Below, piece by piece: positions 12,601 through 26,100 of a DNA stretch of 64,000 nt. The notes beneath the pieces are model-generated. The model made no database searches and was not told the origin of the DNA. It was given only the letters and a program-made list of their open reading frames with translations. Made by a program: the position numbers and the translations under genes. The stretch is from Dipteris shenzhenensis (Eukaryota), in NCBI GenBank assembly GCA_047967505.1, contig CM106538.1. One strand, given 5' to 3'. Each line of letters begins with the position of its first letter. Position 1 is the first letter of the stretch.

Positions 12601-14200
12601 GCAACAGAAGTCCTACCAACTCGTGAAAAGAGAGAGGATTGCTGCCCCCCCCCCCCCCCAGTGACAAATTCAGCGAGGTGTGGAAACCAAGATAAGACTC
12701 GGGAAGAGAATTCAAAGTGGTGGAAATCATCTCTGAATCCGGAATAACTTCATCTATATTCAGCAGTTGTTCCCTCAAATCCTAAAGTTTTGTGAGGTGA
12801 GCATTCATGGAATCTCCCTCATCGATATGCGTATAAGATAGCTCTCTCTTCAGGAAGGAAACTCTGGCATCATTTCTTGCTGCAAACATGCTCTCTAAAA
12901 TCTCCCAAGCTGCTTTTGAGGGCTATCCCAAATCAGCTTTATGCTGATGTGCGAGCTGGTTGGCATGTTGCTTTTGCTGCCCTTTTCCTTTGGGCTTGAA
13001 CTTAGAAAGCATGGCATGCTCGCCAGCCCGTGTTGCCATATTTCTTCTTGTTTGCTCTTCCTGCAACAAAAGTCTTACCAACTCGTGAAAAGAGAGAGTA
13101 TTGTTGCCCCCCCTAAGTGACAAATCAGCGAGGTGTGGAAACCGAGATAAGACTCGGGAAGAAAATTCAGAGTGGTGGTACTCATCTCTGAATCCGGAAT
13201 AACTTCATCTATAGTCAATAACTGTTCCCTCAAATCCTGAAGTTTTGTGAGGTGAGCATTCATGGAATCTCCCTAATCCATATGCGTATGAGATAGCTCT
13301 CTCTTCAGGAAGGAAACTCTGGCATCATTTGTTGCTGCAAACATGCTCTCTAAAATCTCCCAAGCTGCTTTTGAGGTCTTGCATGACCGAATGTGAGGAA
13401 TAATGAACATCTTGACAGAAAGAAAAATCACAGAAAGAGCTTGTGCATCCCTAGAATCCCATCTTTCCTGCTCTGTTGTGGGAGCCACTGGAGTAGCAGC
13501 TACTCCAATTACTTGTGTTGCATTTTGACCTCTACCTCTGCCTACAACTGTAGGAGTGACAAGTGTAGCCACAGATTCCCATCTCCATTGACATAATCCC
13601 AGAGATGTTTGCCAACCAAGATGTTGCGAACCATAAAACTCCACAAGGAGTAGTTGGTGCCATCCAACTTATCCTCCTGTGTGAGGACTCCAAACACCTC
13701 ATTGGGGTTCTTCCGAGCCATTTCTGCCAGAAACTCAAAAAAACGCAGCAAACTAGACAAGTAAAATCCCTTCCTGGGATGTAAAATGCAGCACAACCAG
13801 AGTCTACCAAAACATTCTGCCCACAATGACAATTACTGTCACAGCCTATCAAAGACTTGAAATGCACCACAATGCTCTGCAATGCCCAAAAATCTGCAAA
13901 GAATATCTGCAAAAAGTGACAAAAGCCTGCAATTTGTGCAATTTGACTCACGCTGAGTCCAAAACTGCTTGCAAATCTCCCAAAATGGTCTTTCAACTGC
14001 CAAATTGCATCCGAATGCCAAAAGCCCCAATTTCTTCAAGGAAATTGCATCCAAAGAGGGCAAATTAACTGAAAGCCCCAAAAATGCCTGAAATTGCAGT
14101 GCAAAACCAAAAGCCCCAATCATTGAGCTGAAATTGAGTGAAATTGTGGCATGTTCACTAGAAGCCTCAAATGTCACCCAAATTCCAAATTGTCCTTCTT
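9680..14200 (-). mobile_element. Ty1/copia LTR retrotransposon remnant (3' LTR starts TGTTAGA at 9943, PPT at 9944-9950; 5' LTR/PBS not found; outer limits approximate)
   Basis: Gag DKLDGTNYSLWSF / DAQALSVI / CHYCKKPGHYIGEC; protease start WYFDS; integrase tail ANYVLNRASTKAL; RT KWVFKVKRKPDGSIDRYKARLVAKGY, QLDIKTAFLNGDL; RNase H KQSTVA..EAEY, HARTKHIEVHYHYVRE, ADIFTKALP. Confidence 0.93.
12469..13376. repeat. Tandem duplication of ~450 bp inside copia gag (12469-12921, 12931-13376)
   Basis: Both units start 'aatcagctttatgctgatgtgc' and end 'caagctgcttttgagg'; peptides REQLL.IDEVIPDSEM and MATRAGEHAMLSKFKPKGKGQQKQH occur twice. Confidence 0.93.
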
Positions 14201-16422
14201 TGGGGCTGTGTGGAGAAAGGTGAAAGTAGCCAAGTGAAAGTTGTCTGAAAGTAATGGAAGAGACAAACGAATGCCCCTAAATGGATGTATTAATTGGAAT
14301 TTTTGATGTCCCATAGACCTGTTGGTATCCCATGAACACTAATAGACTCTCTTTTCTTTTTGTCTTTGCTTTGTTAGCACGGCCCCACTAGGGGCAGGCT
14401 ATAGCAACGAGAAAGATTTGTGTCTAAAGCGGAGATCAGCCATGTGGTTTCTTTTTTCATTGAGCAGGGGAGAGTGGTTGCTGGCATCAGGTCTCCCGAA
14501 AACTTTCAATCTTGGTTTTGCTCTCCTCCCTATCCATCACTCCCTCCCTCTCCCTCTCGCTCCAATCTCCTCTTCCTTATCATCCTCCCTCTCTCCGTTG
14601 GTCTTCATCTTCGCTCGTAACAATCTTTGAGGTAGTATCACCTCAAGTTTTCGAAACCTCATGAATGTCACCTCGACCTAGCATCCAACTTATTCATCGG
14701 TTCCGTTTCCCTTGCTCCGATCCAACTTAAAGATCTTGAGACGATGAACCTTACAATGAGAAAGGGCAAGCGACAAAGGGCAATGCTCTAGGCACACCAT
14801 GCCTCTTCTTATTCTATCCCCTTCTTCCTCTTTTTGATCCGGTCATTCTTACATAGTATGAGAAGGTCACAAGGCAGCTCCCAAGGAGTGCATAAAGCAA
14901 CTCCAATTATTATAAGATACCTACATTATAGTCTGAAAATGAAGATAATAAGCAGTCATACATCAGTTTAAGATTGAGGGTCTTTTGGTTTGGATTTAAA
15001 TTCCTTGATGAGGGCCATGTCCTCAGGACATACTGCCATCTTCCATCCTTTCTAGCAGGCTTGACCTTGGCTAATTCCGACTGAGCTTGAGTGGCAGCCC
15101 ACCTAGGCTGGTTTCTAGACAGCAAGATGGAGAGGATCATTCTGGATGAAAAGTCTACAGACGTTCGAGGTGGAGCACGCAGGCTCGAGTCTAGAGATAG
15201 CCAACAGATAGGAGAACTACCTTGTGGTAAGATCAGAGGACCACACCATTGGTGGGACTCTAAATCTATCTCTTTTGTATTGTGTCCATAGCTTTGGACG
15301 AAAATATATTATTTTGGTGGTTTCTCTATCTGGTTGGTTCATTGTCTATTGATGAGTCTGCACATCTATTCTATGCACATTAAGTAAAGAAGTTTGTGAT
15401 TCCACACCCCACACGCACACTGTGTTAGCTGTTGGGCATTACTATCAGTCTTCCGCTGTGCGTACCCTCTCTTGGGTCATTTCTAACAGCCTTCCTATCC
15501 TAATCTTTAGTGATTGCTGCATTTGGCTTCATGTTCCTTAATCTCAGCTCGAATGTCAATTTGCCTTTGTACCCGCCTCTACAATTGTTTCCTTCGTGAG
15601 GATTTGCACTTCTGTTTGAACACTAATTGGGAGGTGGGAGAAGAGGCCTTGCACGTCTACATTACCTCATCGATTATTGCTTGTGTATTGGGCCCTTCGA
15701 TCACCTGGATTCAGGCCACCAAACATGCCATCTACAACCTTAGCTCTCGTGGTATCTCCTTGCATAGGGAGAGGGTGTCGCAGCTGCAACTATAGAGTAC
15801 ACATTTTGCCGGTTGAAGTCAAGGCTATAGGAGAAGAAGCAAGAAAAGGGGACTTTGAGGATTCATGTTTGCTCCATATTTAACATATTTGAGTGCATCG
15901 CCTAGCTAAGACTAACTCCCTATGTGCACCCCCTAGTTGAGACTACCCCCGAGGTGGGCTGGGGTTTCAACCCTGGGGACACCAACAAAAGGAGTGGAAG
16001 TGAAAGGGGGCTGAATTCAACAACGAACTGAGTGAAGACCTAAGACACGACCTAAGTAGAGCAGACCTAAGCGAACGGATACCCGAGGCGAAGGGAGAGA
16101 CAACCTAAGAGAGAGAGTGGAGCCTGAGAGGCGATGGCTAAAGCAAGTTCTAAGTGGAAGGTCAACGAAAAATTAACGAGGAGCAACGATCAAAGGATCA
16201 AAGACGATGAACTTCAACGGGGAGCACCAATCAGAGGATCATAGGCGACGACCTTTAGCGGGAACGAGGATCAACGACCTTTAGCAAGGACCGACGATCT
16301 TGGAAATGCTAGAGCAAAGTGACGATCAAACGACCTTCAAGATGCGACAACCTTCAACGGAAGAGGAATAGAGAAGGGAGTGAGCGATAAAGAGAGAGAG
16401 ACACAGAGAGAGAGAGAGAGAG

Positions 16423-18582
16423 ATGCATTAACGCCTGCGGGAGGCCGGCCTCGTAGGCCTATGAGACAAAGTACAAACCAAAAGTAACTCATACAAGCCA
16501 TTGTAGGTTGGCTCACTAAGGCCCTTGCTGAGTGCTAAAGTGCTAAACTAGTACCAGCAAAATATCAAAATAGCATCAAGTGCTCAAAGCTAATGCTCCG
16601 AGTGCATGTCTAGGTTCCATGTATCCCGACACTCTCTGATGAGACACAAAGAGCTCGTATCTGTGTCTGTCGCACTGTCTCTCGAGGTGGCAGAGGGCGT
16701 GGTCTCCCCGATCTCTATATCCGATGGGCTACGTCAAGGGTGACGCCTCGTCTTTGGTGGTCTTTGAGGAGGCCTGAGATACACCAGGGACCTCGATCGT
16801 GTGTGCTTTGGTCACTCTCCACGCCGGCCTGTGCGTCTCTCGTCTGGTTCTCACTACTAACCCATGATGCCCTCATCTCATCTAGCTCCTCCTCCTCCTC
16901 AACCTCCCCTAGAGTTGACTCAGATGCATAGAATTTTTTGACACGTATCTATGCTCAGTCGACCTCAGTATCCTATGGGATCAACCACGGTAGCTCTCTG
17001 GTCTGTCGCACCTGTGTCGTCGCATCTCAATCAAGTAGAGCCCAATGCAAACCTGGTCGAAAAAATGGATCAGCCATGTAAGCGGACCAAAGCCATGCCC
17101 ATCCTGAAAGAGACAGTGGTACCATCTCGGGACTCATAGTAGACTGGATAGACATAGAAAATGCTCCTCTGTCTCGACCTCCCCCATCGTGCATAGTGTA
17201 CATATCCTCAACTCTCAGAGTGTGCCTACAGCTCTCCGTACGTCAAAGGGACGAAACTCGTAACTATCCAATGGCTATCCTCAGTGCATGCGAGAATCTT
17301 CTATCCTGAGGTATTGAGGTCCGATTATGAGACCACTCCGAGATCCTCAAGAAGTGGTCATGGTAGAACTGGATCTTGGTGGGGAGCTCTGGTCTTTCCC
17401 CCAAGCCAGAGACGTATGGAGCTCGAGGAGGTCCAACCATACGATACGATTGATCTCATCTCGTGTGATCAGCTCGGGCGGTGCATCCATGCTATACTAA
17501 AAGGGAGGAAGTTTATCCATCTAAATGCCGTGGCTATCAAACCATGTGGACACTAGTGCATACCATGCCGTATCAATACCGCGCTCTGCTAGTCGTCTAG
17601 ATGACTCTAGTGCTAGTCTCGGTAATATCCACCGGGATAAGGCCCAAACTCTGTGGAGGAATGTCCCTGTCTGAAAGATGGCATCAACTTGGAGAGGAAT
17701 CATGGCGAACTCTCCCGGTATAATCTGATGGGCAACTTAAGGCTTGCTCCGAATCATCATGGATCCCATAGTCACCTATAGTGTGTAGTGTGTAGCCTAT
17801 CAAATCTCTTCCACTATGTCATTGAAAGGTCACTCCCTCATAAAGGTGATGCATACATGGCAGTCGGTCTCACCAGAGTGTCAAAAAGCCAACCCTTTGT
17901 CGGGGGATCCTGGAAGTGCGTGTGAAAGCACTACCTCTCTAGTCGCGCTAGAGCACCCCGTCCTCACATGAGTCGTGCTATAGCTGCATGGGTCATCGTG
18001 AGGACTGACCCTGTGAACATTGCCCCCAAATACGTGTATGACTGCACTATCTCCACTAGCTCACCTCAATAAGTGAAACTATGTCGATGAAGCACTGCTC
18101 GTGAGGTGTTGAAGGATCATAACCTTGGTCTTCCCAAGGTTAACTGTCAAGTCTCTCTTTCTACAGAACACCCCCAAAGCCTCCAGATGTTACTTCAATC
18201 CCTCTGATGAGGATGATATAAGGACTATGTCATTTGCGTACAGCAACATCTGTACCATTAAGTCATTCAGAAATAAACTCTCTCCTCCTAGGCGGTCTAC
18301 AAAGGATGTAATCTCATCGATATATAGCCCCAAAAGAGTCGGTGAAAGGAGGCAACCTTGCTTCACTCTGATAAGGTTCTCAATCCAACCCGATAGACCT
18401 CCTGGGGCACGTATTCTCCCTCTGACGGACTCATATAGGCTCATTACCCCCCAGATCATGACCTCTGGGAGCTGTAACTCCTGTAATCTCCTTATCAAGC
18501 GAGAACATGAAATAGTATCGAAGGCCTTCCGAAAGTCTACAAAGCAAGTGTAGACTTTCTGACATCTCAACTTCGCCTCCTC

Positions 18583-18585
<3 letters not shown>
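16423..18585 (-). mobile_element. 5'-truncated non-LTR retrotransposon (RTE/RTEX-like LINE) ending in a (TC)n tract
   Basis: RT motifs CFVDFRKAFD, VKQGCLLSPTL, LLYANDIVL (18190..18642), then LTVNLGKTKVM and YTYLG; 3' end abuts (AG)n at ~16390-16422. Confidence 0.88.
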
Positions 18586-18616
<31 letters not shown>

Positions 18617-18618
<2 letters not shown>

Positions 18619-19400
18619 CTTAATGTCCGCGAGAGGCCTCACGGGCCTCTAGGAAAGAGTACTACGCTAGGACCCTTGCTAGGTACTAAACTATGATGAT
18701 CTGATGAACTCAAGGTGGCTCTCCAGTGAGTGGTAAATATATCTCGACTCTGCGCCTATGGGGCTGTCTCGCACTGTGGTGGGAGGCGCGGTCTCCTCAA
18801 TCTCTGAACCCGCTGAGCTATGTCCAAAGTGATTCCTCGTCTCTGGCGGTTTCCTCTGAAGAAAGCTGTGATAGGCCAAACCTCAATAGAGTGATCCACA
18901 CATCTCTCATATCAACGAGCTGCTTCTCCTCCACTCAGTTGTACCTTGGAGCTGGCTCAAATGCATATAAGTATGTGGCGCATCTCTGTACTCGATCAGC
19001 CTCTGTATCTATATCATGTGATCCGGTCGCCTCGTGCTACTCTCTAATCTGTAGTAGTAGTGTCTCCATGTGCATCTCAAATTAGTAGAGCCCAATGCAG
19101 ACCTGGTCATGGCAATTGATCAGTTGAGAGTGGGCCAAAGCCGCTCACCTCCTGATAGAGATAGAGGTATTGCCCTCGAATCTCCTAGTAGGCTGGGTAG
19201 GCACAAAGAAAATATTCCTCTATCTCAACCCCCCCAATGTGCATAGCATACAAATCCGCTACTCTCTGGGTATACTTACTGCACTTCCCCGTCTCAACCC
19301 TCAGCTGATGGGACAAAACCCGCATTTGTTCAATGGCGATCCTCAGTGCATGTGAGACTCCTCTGTCCTCAAGATACTCGGATCTGATGATGCATGTTAG
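18617..19400 (-). mobile_element. Second, shorter 5'-truncated copy of the same LINE family
   Basis: C-terminal motif MRVLSHQLRVETGK...VEIEEYFLC..Y (19185..19409); colinear similarity with ~16430-17250; 3' end abuts (AG)n at 18586-18616. Confidence 0.82.
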
Positions 19401-20094
19401 AGCAAACAAACTTTAATGTCTTGAACATGATTGTTGCACGTCATTGCCGTGCTCATTGATTTCTTATGCAACACTATGCTGGACATTAAACTATTACTTT
19501 TTATATTCCTCCATCCAAAGGGCAAAACAGCATTGCCTTTGCTATAGGTAAACTTAGCCTATATAGCTACATAACAAACAACCATTTACGTGTTTTTTCA
19601 TGCAAGAATTTTGCCTGGGACCGTGCTCTTGCCATAATAGATTTCGCTTCTCAACAACACATGGAGATTGTGATTGAGCAGAATTAAAGAAACAAATGGT
19701 ATGATGAGCCTGGACCAAAATTTCAGTGTTTAATAGTGTCTGAGGACTTACTCCCACTCCATCCCAAATCATGAGATACAAACATCTGAGCGCAGTTATG
19801 CTTACATGTAGAACATTTGGTCATTAATCTTCACAATTACCGGAAAGAATGCTCCAAGACATGGTCAAATTTTCTAGAAACATTGTGAAACCTCTGTAAT
19901 TTAAAAAAGAAAATATATCTTATTGTTATAGCATGCTGTGCTGCATGAGCTAGTAGTACTCCACATAAACATCCACTCAAAAGTTGACAATTACGGGAAC
20001 AGATTAGAAGTCTTCACAACCGTTTAAACTACCTTGCTAAGGATTAATTTCTATTCCCGCTAGCCCGTAAGAATGAATTTACCAAAAGCCTTAC

Positions 20095-20145
20095 CAAAAG
20101 GATTGCACCAATCTTGAAAGAGCCCAACGAAAGCATCTCTATCCC
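20095..20145 (-). CDS. SPP: SPP exon 6
   Basis: cag|GGG ATA GAG ATG...TTG|gtaagg; GIEMLSLGSFKIGAILL. Confidence 0.93.
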
Positions 20146-23100
20146 CTGAAAGTAGACCCAACATCAAAGGAGGAAAACAACTTCAGTCCTTGTCAAACGT
20201 AGTAAATACCAACCACATGCAAGAGAGAGACCAAGCAGCTGTAGGGAAAAGGGGTTTTTATTTTTTTTTTTGGGGGGGGGGGGGGGGGGACACCAACAGA
20301 GAGAGCGAGATAGGAGAAGAGAGAAAAAAAAAATGTATTTCTCACATCTATACCCAGACCTCAAATTGATTTCCGTCAAAGACAAGTCATAAAGCTATGT
20401 GGCATCTCAGCAAGGCACAGCCGATCTTTTCTGAATAAACTATGGCATAAGAGGGATGAGCATTTCAATTATACAAACTTTGATTCATTGAAAAAAGCAC
20501 TATGATAATGAGTCTTATTGTGTGCAAAGTAAGTTTCCAACATCTTGGCCCAAAAATACGCTGGAAGGCTGGGCAGACATGCGTGGAGAAGACATGGAGG
20601 ATTGGCCAGGGAAAATAGTCTGATTGGGATGGTACGGTGCCTGGACCAATGGCCAGGTCAAAAGGCAGCCAACCAGGTAAGATCTCAGGACGCTAGTGGG
20701 TCTGGAAAAGTCAGCTGATTTAGAGGCTGACTGGTAGGGTATTTCATGGTCTTTTGGGCCACATAAAAGGGAGCCCTTCAGGGCTCATCCAGGAGGATAC
20801 AAAGGTAGCAAGGCAACTGGCTGAGTGCAGCTACGAGGAGCTCACAGATCTTCACCATTGGCTGCAGTTACAGCAGCAAGAAAGACGATCACAGATGGTG
20901 CGTGTCTTGGTTGGTCCAGCTTGCTGCCTTGTTGCTGAGTCGCGGCTGAGTTGGAGATGTTGTGGAGGACAATGGCCGCCCGTTGCTCGTTGTTCAGCTT
21001 GTGGCCTTGCGTTGACTTGCGAGCTTGAAGTGCAGATACTGCAGCATGCTTTGGATCTTGGTACTAGCTGCTAGCGTAGATGGAGACAGTCCAAGTTGGA
21101 TGGCATAGGAGCTATGGCAAAGGTTGATGGAGCTGCCCTGAGGAGAGAGCTTTTGACTGTGGTAAGAGTCGCCACCACCTCTTCGTGCTTCGTTGCAGCT
21201 TTGTAGAGCATGTTGTTTTAGAGAGCTTCAGTTTTTTTAGCGTGACGAAGGCCCAAATGAAGTCATAGGATTACTATGGAATTGCAAGCCGTGATGGATG
21301 CCTGAGCAACTGACGGAAAGGAATTCGAGACCCGTAGCGCTGAAAAAAGCGCTAGTTGTTTGGAAGGAACCAGCAAGCAAAACCACAAAGAGAGGACCGC
21401 CATTCGATTCACTATCTCTTCCAACGTTACCTTGTGATTCCAGGCAGGCACCCAACGGGAGCTGAAGGGACTCGTGACAGTAAAGATAAGCTACGCAGGT
21501 ATATGACGGACGAATCTCAAAGGGTTTTTTTTCGAGGACTTGTGGCGCTGGATAGCGTTAGTCATTCCGAAAGGGCTAACCATAAAGTCACGCAGAGAAC
21601 ACCGCCAATCGCTTCGCCATCTTCCCCATTCATGGAATCTGCACATAGATGATGTGTAAGTCATCGGCTGACGTGGCACACACATGTGGATGACATGGCC
21701 TTGACTGACACGTGTCAGTTGAGGTGGCTGACTGTGGTTAGGGTAATCCTGTTAATGTAACTGCAGTTAGTTGACCATGGTTTGGTTGACCCTGGTTAGT
21801 TGACATTGGTTAGTTGAGCCAGTACCCAGTTAGCCTAACCCTAGTCCAGTTAGCCTGACCTAATCAGACCAATTTGGTTAGTGTAACCAGACTGTGATCA
21901 GTCCAGTTACTCTGGTTAGAGCTCAGTTCCAGACTAACCAGACCAGAGCCAGTTAGTCTGGTTAGTGTAACCAGTCGGTTACTCATCCAGTTACTGTCAT
22001 AGAAAAAAAAGAAAAAAAAAGACAGTTGCAGAGACAGTTTTTGCCATCAGATTCCACCCATCTGTCAGTCATTTTACTGTCAGAAAATCAGAGATTTGCT
22101 GAGTATAAAAGATGCACGCCTTTGCATAGAAAAAGGGGACAACAGATGTATTTTCAGTGCTTTCTGCAGCAGCCAGAAAAGGGGCAATAGTAAGTGAATG
22201 CTTAAGCAACTTTGGTGGTTTTTGCATTGAGTTGACAGCCTGACACTGGCACGAGTTGTGAATGCAATACACCTCTAGTTGAGGTATTCTTCTCAAGAAA
22301 GAAAAGGCTGAGTGCATCAGTTGCATACACGGTGAAAACTCCTGTTTCACTTTGCTGTGACCCATCGGCTGTAGTGGAGGGTCTCCCTTTGTTCTGCCTT
22401 CCTTTTCACGCAGCAGCGAGCTAATTGCTTTTTTCTGAAGATCAACCTTGACAGTGACCCTTGGTCTGGCAAGAGGGGCTCAAATGGCAGCACCTTCGAC
22501 TCCCAATACTGTTAAGGTTTTGCTCTCTCCGGAGGATAAGCAACAAGTTCAAAGTGCAATGGAGGCTATTCAAGATAGGACCCTGGTAGGCCGGATTGTT
22601 GGGCTCACCCCGTCCAAGCGACAGATTCGGGATTGGCTTCAGGCGAGTTTAGCCCTAGGGGATAACCACATCCAAGAGGTTACCATCTATGGGAGAGGGG
22701 TCTTCCTTCTCCAACTGAGCTCCCCAGAGACCACCTTGTCACTTGTGGAGCAGAGCCCTATCTTTCTTGGTCGTCATCTGGTCTTCCTCTCCCCTTGGTA
22801 CCATGGCTTCACAGTGGCGGACATGGACACGACTCACCACGGCAGCCACAGTGGTCATAGATGATGGGGTCCCTACGCTCAAGGTGATTGTGAACACCCC
22901 CAAGACGCTTCCTGAGGAGATCCTTCTAGAGATCTTGGATGGAGGCGAGCTACATCAGAGAGTTGAGGTTTATGGGCTTCCAGGCCAATGCCTCTGATGC
23001 AGACAGATGGGACACTTAGCTCGGGACTACATGAGGCTAGGGTAGGGATCCTCCTCACCCTAGGCAGGAGCAGGGGGCTCTCCCTCAACCCCAGCAAGGG

Positions 23101-26100
23101 CAGAGACAGATTCTATGTCGGAGAATGAGCCATGCATAGGGGTGGAGCCACCGGTATTCTAGTAGGGACTAACCTCTCAGACCACTCCCCTATCGTTCTT
23201 CACCTACAGCAGCCCTGTCGTGGCCTGCCGCAGAGAGGGGTCCGCATTCCAAATGCTTTGCTCCTGGAGGAGGAGGTACAGTAGAGTATTACAGCTATTT
23301 GGCAACAGCCTGAGTCCCTCCCGCAGAGCGGGTGGGCCATGTGGGCAGCTGAGCCGATTCAGCGGAGCAGTGAGGAGCTTCGCACCCATGCTATGCACCA
23401 CCGTCATACTCTTCAGGAGAGAGAGAGGGCTTTGCGGCGGGACTTGGCCTCCATTGAACGTCTTCAGGAGCAGGATTCAGAGTCGCAGTTGTTAGCAGAC
23501 CGGTATGAGTGCACTCGCTTGGAGCTTCACGATACAGAGGTGAGACACGCTAAGTACTCTACCGCTCCTCTAGATCTCGGTGGGTACAGCAGGGTTACAA
23601 GATGACCAGGCAGTTCTTTCAGGCCACGGGCCCTAGATCAGCTAGCACACACTTGGCTCCTTAGCATGAAAAGACTACTTTTATATAGCTTCATAAGCCT
23701 AGAACAAACACAACTTCTCAATTTGTGAGTTGTTAAAAGCCATAGGCAAGCAGAAAAGAGCAAATAAAGTGGTGGAGGATAAGCATAGGATGGAGAAGGC
23801 TCATGGGATACAAACATGATGTTTAATAGCCTTACAGAGTCGTCTTTGATTGATTGCAACGTGTATCTTGTTGCTTTTGCTATAACTTTGTTCTCACACT
23901 CGCACAACTATGCCATATTCTTGAGGACCATATGCCTACCAGGGACTCTAATGCCTCTGAACATGCGAATCGCTACCTTAAGGATTATTGACCTCTTAAG
24001 GATATCTTTTAACCTAATCTAAAAACCCTTAACAACTAAAGAACCTGAAAATTATAATGGAGACGCTTAAATTCACATACATGAAAGATTTAACCCATAC
24101 TCTTCCCCTTCTTGACCTCCAATGCATCTTTAATTTGAGAAGTTTTGGAGACTCATACACCCATACTCAATAGAATCCCTCTAGCCGTTGTGTTTGCGGT
24201 CCTTGACGCTGTGCTAATACACACTTTACCTTAGACGCTCCAATGAAATTGGAGGTTGGATTGGATGAATTAGGACATCAAATCTCGCTCTACAAGAGTT
24301 TATGGTGCTCCTAGAAGTAAAACAATGAAAGAAAGGTTTCAGCCATATAAGCATTCAAATCTAGATTTCCACCCATAGGGACAATGCCTTGTAAAGGTGA
24401 ATGATCCAAGGTAGCAAGAGGATCACTACATTTGAGGCAGCTCCCAAATAATCGGGACCATCTAGGTTTGGCATCACTTACAAAAATACAAGACCAAATC
24501 AAACAAGAGCAGTCAACAAATGCCAAGCAAGAAAAAAGTCGAAGGGAAAGGTGGTAGAGAAGGGGGACAGGGGGGGGGAGAGAGAGAGAGAGAGAAAGAA
24601 AGAGAGAGAGAGAGAGAGAGAGTTTTTTACTTTCTAGTTTTGGGGAGGTAATGTTTGAAAAGACAAGCATAAACATTAGATAGACGGTAACACCATGATA
24701 TTATATAAGTAATGATGCAAAGATCATTTGTGCGAATACCTGTATTGAAAAGGCCAACCCCAAGACGTTGTTTGCCAACCAATGCTTTTTCACCACATAC
24801 CACAAGCAAAAAAAAGTAGCTGGTATTCCAGCTATGAGCTCTGATAACGTCAACTGTATACCTGTCCAATCCATGACAATAGAAAACACTTCATAAGAAA
24901 GGGAATCTCAATACTATAGGGAATCTAAGGGACATTACCAAAAACTTCAACTAGCCCAAATATTAGGTACAAGGTTGTTAAAAACGAAATAGTTGAAGCC
25001 TCTCATATGATACAGTACAGTTTATGCCACTTGTTTTCCATTCACACTTAAGCACTAACCTTGTAAAAGAGGTTATAGGGATAGCATTCATAAACACACG
25101 ACAAGATGACAATCATGTTAAGCTTGACTAGCCACAGAGGTTATAGGGATAGCATTCATAAACACACGACAAGATGACAATCATGTTAAGCTTGACTAGC
25201 CACAGGCACAGCTTTTGGTACAAAAACAAATAACATTACAAGGATAACAAAACGTAGCAAGAGAGCGTTCCAAGGCCACTACATAGGTGGAATATTGCCA
25301 TCCCTTCCAATCTTCTTTTTTACATACTTACATGTGTCCATACATACATATAAATAGGTTCCTCATACCTCTTATCCGCTCCTCTAAGACTTCATACCTT
25401 GGAGTATATTTATCAGACAAGGAATGAGGCCACGCTCTCTTTCTTAAAGAGAGAACTTGATAAGATGTTGAAGGGGATTCAATGTTAGATCATTTGACTA
25501 GGAGCTTAGAGAACGACTAGTGACATTGATGAGGTCACACCCAACAGTCAGCTTAAATCTACGACTCTAAACTCTTTGCCATAGACATATTTGAGTTTTT
25601 GCACTTTCTGAATTTGTTCATGAGAGGGACTACAGCTCCACTCACTTTTCAACGTCTCTCCCAAAGACGAGTCCTCGCGTTTTGGGAGAGTCCTATGTAA
25701 TACCATACAATGACAATCGTGTTTAGTTTTATCCTAAATGCTATGCTTTCTAAGACACCAAGAGGTGCCACATGGGATATATCATTTCATGACTATTAGT
25801 CTGTCCAATGTAATACCTACAGTGGCAGTTGTGACTGTCTATGTTTAATTTGTCCTAAATCGTGTGCTTTATGTGCCCTTCGGTTAACAAATGAAGAGGT
25901 GCCACATGAGATATATCATTTTCACAAGTGCTCCATTTTATGTAAACTCGTTGCCAAAATTTATCCTCCAAAAATCACGTTACAAGCACAGAATAGACTT
26001 TTTGAACAAAATATAACACACTGAACTTGAAGACCAAAGCTGTAGGGTTTAAAATGCCTTGTTGACCCTGAAAAAAAGAATAAGGCACAATGCATAAGAG

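Noticed and set aside
19752-19785. Possible SPP exon 7 (cag|ATGTTTGTATCT...GGGA|gtaagt on the minus strand)
   Set aside because: Splice signals look plausible, but the peptide MFVSHDLGWSG does not match the conserved AGLFFYDIFWVF and 34 nt would shift the frame; at most a cryptic exon.
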